Notes under the pieces: generated by a model | The model's database searches: none | What the model was told of the DNA's origin: nothing | The model's input: only the letters and a program-made list of their open reading frames with translations | Translations under genes and position numbers: made by a program | NCBI GenBank assembly: GCA_963677435.1 | Contig: OY781945.1 | Span: forward strand, 2,848,001-2,912,000 | Source: an uncultured Aliarcobacter sp. | GTDB lineage: Bacteria > Campylobacterota > Campylobacteria > Campylobacterales > Arcobacteraceae | Reading direction: 5' to 3' | Length of the DNA stretch: 64,000 nucleotides | In this document: piece by piece, positions 58,392 to 64,000 of the stretch | Layout of the letters: the number at the start of each line of letters is the position of its first letter | Position numbering within the stretch: position 1 is the stretch's first letter

Positions 58392-59057
58392 GTGACATTA
58401 CAAGATACTATTAGAAAAATAAGTTTTTTTAATACCTTAAATGATGAACAAATTGAATTAATTGCTTCCATTTCAAATGTATCAAAATATTCAAGTAACT
58501 CTATTTTATATTATGAAAGTGAAGTTAGCAAAAATTTACTTTTTTTAGTTGAAGGACTTATCAAAGTTTATAAACTTGATAAGTTTGATAATGAAATATT
58601 TTTATATCATATTTATAAAAATTCAATGATTAGTGAACTAACTTCAATGAACAATAATGATATTTATTGTTTTTCAAACACTGAATTTATTGATGATTCA
58701 ATCATTTTATCCATAGATTTTGAGAAATTTAAAGAGCTTTTTTTATCAAAAAATATTTTAACGATGGAACTATTAGAAATATTATTAACAAAAACTCACC
58801 AATTACAATGTATAGTAAATAGAGAATTGGTTTTTGATGCAACAGCAAAAGTTGCATTTATGTTAAATCAAGACCTAGAAATGTTTAATAAACTAAAAAG
58901 ACAAGAAGTCTCTTTTATGTTACATATTCAACCAGAAACTTTATCAAGAGTTTTAAAAAGATTAACAAGAGATGGAACTATTCATATAGAAAATAGTGAA
59001 GTAATAATAACTAATAAAGAAAATTTAATCTCAATTTTTAAAGGAATTGGAGTATGA
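58392..59057 (+). CDS. Crp/Fnr-family transcriptional regulator (NssR-like)
   Basis: GLIKVYK cNMP-type domain; HTH IQPETLSRVLK. Confidence 0.88.
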   Translation: MTLQDTIRKISFFNTLNDEQIELIASISNVSKYSSNSILYYESEVSKNLLFLVEGLIKVYKLDKFDNEIFLYHIYKNSMISELTSMNNNDIYCFSNTEFIDDSIILSIDFEKFKELFLSKNILTMELLEILLTKTHQLQCIVNRELVFDATAKVAFMLNQDLEMFNKLKRQEVSFMLHIQPETLSRVLKRLTRDGTIHIENSEVIITNKENLISIFKGIGV

Positions 59058-60052
59058 AACAAAATACAATTAGTACAAAAATAAAATTCATTGGAATTCT
59101 ATTTATAGTTTTAATGGCAAGTATAATTGCTACAACTATATATTTAAATGAAAAAAATAAAAAAGATGCCTTGATTATAAATATTGCTGGAAAACAAAGA
59201 ATGTTAACTCAAAATATTTCTAAAAATATTTTTTATATATATCATAATAAAAATAGTTCTTATTGGGAACTTGATACTTCAACTATTGAATTTATCTATA
59301 ATTTAAATTCTTTAAAAGATGGAAATTCACTTATTGGTATTTCAAAAGCACCTACAGATGAGATTGAAAAACAAATTTCTAAAGTTGAAATCTTATGGAA
59401 TAATTTTCATAAAAACATAGTTGATTTTAAAGAAATTATTCAAAATAATGATAAAGACAATGATTTAGCATTAAAAAATATTGTAAATTCTATCCATGAT
59501 ACAAATACTATTTTATTAACACAAGTTGATAGTCTAGTTTCTATGTACACAACATATAGCGAACAAAAAACTGATTTTATAAGATATATTCAATATCTTT
59601 TTGCCTTATTTATTATGATTTTAGTTTTTTATAGTTTTTTACAATTAAAAGCAATGGAAGAAAATGTAAAAAAATTTTTCGATGAATCAAAAAAAATCAT
59701 GGAAGATGATTCTAATGAACCACTAACTCCCATAAAAATTGAAGCTGAAAAAGAGATAGTTGAAGCAACTGATACCATAAATTGTTTTATAGATAAAATA
59801 AATGCAGCAATGACTTATTCCTCAAATGCAATAGAACAATCAAACAATGCTTCAACCAAACTTGAAGAAATCACCGAAGAGTTTGATAAAATAATTGATG
59901 AGCTTACAAATTCAGCTGATATTTCTAAACAATTAAATAAGAGCGAAGATATAGTAATTCAATCCCAAGAAAATCTTATGAACTCTACAAAAAAACTTCA
60001 AGAATTAAAAAATGAGCTAGATAAACTTATGAATTCTTGTAAAACTAAGTAG
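59054..60052 (+). CDS. NarX/PilJ-type periplasmic sensor with coiled-coil tail and no kinase domain
   Basis: P-box-like INIAGKQRMLTQ between two TM helices. Confidence 0.7.
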   Translation: MKQNTISTKIKFIGILFIVLMASIIATTIYLNEKNKKDALIINIAGKQRMLTQNISKNIFYIYHNKNSSYWELDTSTIEFIYNLNSLKDGNSLIGISKAPTDEIEKQISKVEILWNNFHKNIVDFKEIIQNNDKDNDLALKNIVNSIHDTNTILLTQVDSLVSMYTTYSEQKTDFIRYIQYLFALFIMILVFYSFLQLKAMEENVKKFFDESKKIMEDDSNEPLTPIKIEAEKEIVEATDTINCFIDKINAAMTYSSNAIEQSNNASTKLEEITEEFDKIIDELTNSADISKQLNKSEDIVIQSQENLMNSTKKLQELKNELDKLMNSCKTK

Positions 60053-60108
60053 TTTTTCTTGATTTTTTACTATAATTCAAAAAATAATTTTCATGGGGTA
60101 AAGTAATT

Positions 60109-60840
60109 ATGTCAACAGTATATTTAACAGGAGCAGGACCAGGAGATGTAGAGCTTCTAACACTAAAAGCAGTAAGAGTAATACAAAATGCAGATGTGCT
60201 GATTTATGATAGATTAGTAAATCCTGAAATTTTAGAAATGGTAAAAGCTTCATGTGATTTAATATATGTTGGTAAAGAAGATAAAAAACATACTCTTCCT
60301 CAAGATGAAATTAACGAACTAATTTATCAAGCTTCATTGAAATATGAAAATATTGTAAGACTAAAAGGTGGTGATCCTTTTGTTTTTGGTCGAGGTGGAG
60401 AAGAAGCTCTTTATTTACAAGAAAGAGATATTAAATTTGAAATTATCCCAGGAATTAGCTCTGCAATTGCAGTTCCAGCATACGCAGGAATTCCCGTAAC
60501 TCATAGGGGAATAACTACTTCTTTTAGAGTAGTAACTGGACATGAAAATCCAAAAAAGAAAATATCTCAAATTGAATGGGAAAGCTTTTTAAATGATGAA
60601 ACAATTGTATTTTTAATGGGTTATCACAATATTGAACTGATTTGTTCAAAACTAATTGGCTTAGGAAAACGAAAAGATTATCCATGTGCTGTAATTTCAA
60701 AAGGAACAACAAGAGAACAACAAGTAATCACAGGAACACTAGAAAACATTATTGAAAAATCAAAAGGTCTACCAACACCTGCCATGATAATTATTGGAGA
60801 AGTTGTTACACTAAGAGATAAGATAAAATGGTTTAAATAA
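60109..60840 (+). CDS. cobA: Uroporphyrinogen-III C-methyltransferase
   Basis: GAGPGD, VRLKGGDPFVFGRGGEE, GIPVTHRG. Confidence 0.95.
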   Translation: MSTVYLTGAGPGDVELLTLKAVRVIQNADVLIYDRLVNPEILEMVKASCDLIYVGKEDKKHTLPQDEINELIYQASLKYENIVRLKGGDPFVFGRGGEEALYLQERDIKFEIIPGISSAIAVPAYAGIPVTHRGITTSFRVVTGHENPKKKISQIEWESFLNDETIVFLMGYHNIELICSKLIGLGKRKDYPCAVISKGTTREQQVITGTLENIIEKSKGLPTPAMIIIGEVVTLRDKIKWFK

Positions 60841-60930
60841 AATTTATTCCTTTTCTCCTCTATCTTAAACTATTTTATCGTCCTATTGTCTAAATAGGAC
60901 ACTTTTTATCTTAAATAAAACTTAATTAAC

Positions 60931-60944
60931 TTGACATAAGTCAA
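60931..60944. promoter_or_regulatory. Fnr/Crp-type palindrome upstream of napA
   Basis: TTGAC-ATAA-GTCAA, ~23 bp upstream of TACAAT (60967-60972). Confidence 0.65.
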
Positions 60945-61010
60945 TCTTTTATCTCTTCATTACTGTTACAATTCATAGTCAAAGAATTATATTTCATTAA
61001 AGGAGAAATT

Positions 61011-63821
61011 ATGTCGCTTTCAAGAAGAGACTTCCTAAAAAGCTCAGCAGCAGCAAGTGCAGCAGCAGCAATTGGTATGAGTGTACCAGCTGATTTACAA
61101 GCACAAGCAAAAGTAGCTGAGGGTGGATGGAGATGGGACAAGGCAGCTTGTCGATTCTGTGGAACTGGTTGTGGAATTATGCTAGCAACTAAAGAAGGTA
61201 AAATCGTTGCAGTTAAAGGTGACCCAGCAGCACCTGTAAACAGAGGTCTTAACTGTATAAAAGGTTATTTTAATGCAAAAATAATGTATGGTGCAGATAG
61301 ATTAAAACAACCATTATTAAGAGTAAATTCAAAAGGTGAATTTGATAAACAAGGTGATTTTGCACCTATTTCTTGGAAAAGAGCCTTTGATGAAATGGAA
61401 AAACATATAAGAATTGCCCTTAAAGAAAAAGGTCCTGAGGGTATTGGGATTTTTGCATCTGGACAATATACTATTATGGAAGGATATGCAGCACAAAAAA
61501 TGATGAAAGCGGGATTTAGATCAAATGCAATTGATCCAAATGCAAGACACTGTATGGCTTCAGCAGTTGTTGGTTTTTATCAAACTTTTGGAATTGATGA
61601 ACCAAGTGGCTGTTATGATGATATTGAATTAACAGATACAGTTGTAACTTGGGGTTCAAATATGGCAGAAATGCACCCAATTTTATGGTCAAGGGTAACA
61701 GATAGAAAATTATCAGCTCCGGATAAAGTAAAAGTTATAAATATTTCAACATATAGACATAGAACTTCTGATTTAGCAGATATTGAGATTATTTTTACAC
61801 CAAATACAGATTTAGCTCTTTGGAATTATATTGCAAGAGAAATTGTATATAACAATCCAGAAGCTATTGATTGGGATTTTGTAAAAGAGCATATTGTATT
61901 TGCAGCAAGTCCTGTAAATATGGGATATGGTATGAGAAGATCTGATGAAAAATCAATTGTTGATGGGAAATACACAGCAAAAGAGATGGAAACTATTTCA
62001 AAAGAGATGGAAAAAATTGTTTCAGAAAATGAAGCACCTGCACTTGAGCCTTATGGATATAAAGCTGGCGATAAAATGGTAAATAAAAATGCTGGTCTTG
62101 CACACTGGGAAATCTCATTTGAAGAATACAAAAAATCTTTAGAACCTTATACTTTAGATTATGTTGCCAAAATTTCAAAAGGAAATCCTGATGAAGATAT
62201 TGAAGAATTTAAGAAAAAATTAAAAACTCTAGCTGATTTATATATTGAAAAAAACAGAAAAATTGTATCTTTTTGGACAATGGGTATGAATCAACATACA
62301 AGAGGAACTTGGGTAAATACTTTAGCTTATAATGTTCACTTTTTATTAAATAAACAAGCCAAACCTGGAAGCGGTGCATTTTCACTAACTGGACAACCAA
62401 GTGCTTGTGGAACTGCAAGAGAAGTTGGAACATTTGCACATAGATTACCAGCTGATATGATGGTAGCAAATCCAAAACATAGAGAAATTGCAGAAAAATC
62501 TTGGAAAATTCCAGTTGGAACTTTAAATCCAAAAGGGCATCAAGACATTATGACAATTCATAGGGATATTGAAGATGGAAAAATCAAATTTGCTTGGGTA
62601 AATGTTTGTAATCCATATCAAGATAGTGCAAGTGCAACTCATTGGATTAAAGCTGCAAGAGAAATGGATAACTTTATTGTTACAAGTGATGGATATCCAG
62701 GAATTTCTGCAAAAGTATCGGATTTAATTTTACCATCTGCTATGATTTATGAAAAATGGGGAGCTTATGGAAATGCTGAAAGAAGAACTCAACATTGGAG
62801 ACAACAAGTACTTCCAGTAGGTGATGCTATGAGTGATACATGGCAATGGGTTGAACTTTCAAAAAGATTTACTGTAAAAGATTTATGGGGTGAACAATCA
62901 CTTGCAAGTACAAAAGGTGAAACAAAACTTGCAAATGTTATTGATGCAGCTATTGCTATGGGTTATACAGAAAATACAACAATGTATGAAATTTTATTTG
63001 CAAATGAAAAAGCTAAATCTTACAAATTAGATCAAAAAGACCCTATTCAAGCTGGATATGATAATTCAGAAGCTTTTGGAGATTCAAGAAATGTAGTTGG
63101 ATCTGATGGAAAAGTATTTAAAGGATATGGCTTCTTTATTCAAAAATATTTATTTGAAGAGTATGCTGGTTTTGGAAGAGGACATGGACATGATTTAGCT
63201 GATTTTGATACTTATCATAAAGTAAGAGGATTAAAATGGCCAGTTGTTGATGGAAAAGAGACTCAATGGAGATTTAATACAAAATATGACCCTTATGCTA
63301 AAAAAGCTAGTCCAGATAGTGATTTTGCATTTTATGGATCAATTGCAAAAGAACTTGCACAAGGTGATTTATTAGGAGTTAAAGACCAAACTAAAAAATC
63401 TCTAAAAAACAAAGCGAAAATTTTCGCACGACCTTATATGGATCCACCTGAAATTCCAACTGCTGAATATCCAGTTTGGTTATGTACAGGAAGAGTATTA
63501 GAACATTGGCATAGTGGAACTATGACTATGAGAGTTCCAGAACTATACCGTGCAGTTCCTGAAGCACTTTGTTATATGCATCCAGAAGACGCTAAAACTT
63601 ATGGTGTAAAACAAGGTGAATTAGCTTGGGTTGAATCACGAAGAGGAAAAGTAAAAGCTAGAGTTGAAACAAGAGGAAGAAATAGACCAAGCAAAGGTTT
63701 AGTATTTGTGCCTTGGTTTGATGAAAAAGTATTTATAAATAAAGTTTGTTTAGACGCAACTTGTCCACAATCAAAACAAACAGACTTTAAAAAATGTGCG
63801 GTTAAAATTTACCAAGCTTAA
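61011..63821 (+). CDS. napA: Periplasmic nitrate reductase catalytic subunit
   Basis: Tat signal [44 protein letters not shown]. Confidence 0.97.
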   Translation: MSLSRRDFLKSSAAASAAAAIGMSVPADLQAQAKVAEGGWRWDKAACRFCGTGCGIMLATKEGKIVAVKGDPAAPVNRGLNCIKGYFNAKIMYGADRLKQPLLRVNSKGEFDKQGDFAPISWKRAFDEMEKHIRIALKEKGPEGIGIFASGQYTIMEGYAAQKMMKAGFRSNAIDPNARHCMASAVVGFYQTFGIDEPSGCYDDIELTDTVVTWGSNMAEMHPILWSRVTDRKLSAPDKVKVINISTYRHRTSDLADIEIIFTPNTDLALWNYIAREIVYNNPEAIDWDFVKEHIVFAASPVNMGYGMRRSDEKSIVDGKYTAKEMETISKEMEKIVSENEAPALEPYGYKAGDKMVNKNAGLAHWEISFEEYKKSLEPYTLDYVAKISKGNPDEDIEEFKKKLKTLADLYIEKNRKIVSFWTMGMNQHTRGTWVNTLAYNVHFLLNKQAKPGSGAFSLTGQPSACGTAREVGTFAHRLPADMMVANPKHREIAEKSWKIPVGTLNPKGHQDIMTIHRDIEDGKIKFAWVNVCNPYQDSASATHWIKAAREMDNFIVTSDGYPGISAKVSDLILPSAMIYEKWGAYGNAERRTQHWRQQVLPVGDAMSDTWQWVELSKRFTVKDLWGEQSLASTKGETKLANVIDAAIAMGYTENTTMYEILFANEKAKSYKLDQKDPIQAGYDNSEAFGDSRNVVGSDGKVFKGYGFFIQKYLFEEYAGFGRGHGHDLADFDTYHKVRGLKWPVVDGKETQWRFNTKYDPYAKKASPDSDFAFYGSIAKELAQGDLLGVKDQTKKSLKNKAKIFARPYMDPPEIPTAEYPVWLCTGRVLEHWHSGTMTMRVPELYRAVPEALCYMHPEDAKTYGVKQGELAWVESRRGKVKARVETRGRNRPSKGLVFVPWFDEKVFINKVCLDATCPQSKQTDFKKCAVKIYQA

Positions 63822-63836
63822 TAAAAAGAAATAAAA

Positions 63837-64000
63837 ATGAACACAGAGCAAAACCAACCATTAAACCAAAGAAGAAAATTCTTTTTAACAATAGCAAGAG
63901 CTACAGGTTTAGCGATACTTGGTGGTTTAACATGGAGTGCCTATGTTGATGAAGTAAAAGCTACTTCATTAATATTAAGACCTCCTGCTGCTTTAGATGA
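63837..64000 (+). CDS. napG: Ferredoxin-type protein NapG, N-terminal part (runs off the window edge)
   Basis: MNTEQNQPLNQRRKFF...LRPPAALD: Tat-like RR and LRPP motif directly after napA. Confidence 0.85.
   Translation, partial: MNTEQNQPLNQRRKFFLTIARATGLAILGGLTWSAYVDEVKATSLILRPPAALD

Overview
Very AT-rich chromosomal window; the gene content (HsrA/CosR-like regulator, PEB4-like PPIase, napAG, Cache kinase) points to a Campylobacterota, most likely Arcobacteraceae, genome (inference). Two accessory blocks sit among housekeeping genes. (1) An apparently complete ~12.7 kb integrated filamentous prophage (inovirus-like, 6824-19512) bounded by a 15-bp direct repeat. It has an HTH repressor with four 17-bp operators, coat/pIII/pVI/pI(Zot)/secretin genes, a hairpin-rich origin region, an HUH Rep, Xis and a tyrosine integrase. 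It also carries a PAPS-reductase/DndC-like Fe-S PP-loop enzyme, possibly with a C-terminal HTH, 2 nt downstream of Rep. (2) A ~27 kb PQQ alcohol-oxidation island (20896-48320, interrupted by potABCD and a RhuM/LLM insert): pqqABCDE including an unannotated pqqA, a PQQ alcohol dehydrogenase with the lanthanide-type W-D-F-D-G signature, PedA1A2BC-like and second ABC transporters, cytochrome c550, an aldehyde dehydrogenase, a porin and a FIST kinase/OmpR-family regulator pair. Seven promoters in this island share an exact architecture: GCTA repeats at 11-bp period, ending 11 bp before a -10 box. The rest is core metabolism (hisD, aroK, fba, rpsO, moaA, cobA, napA, napG start). No CRISPR array, tRNA or rRNA gene was recognised.
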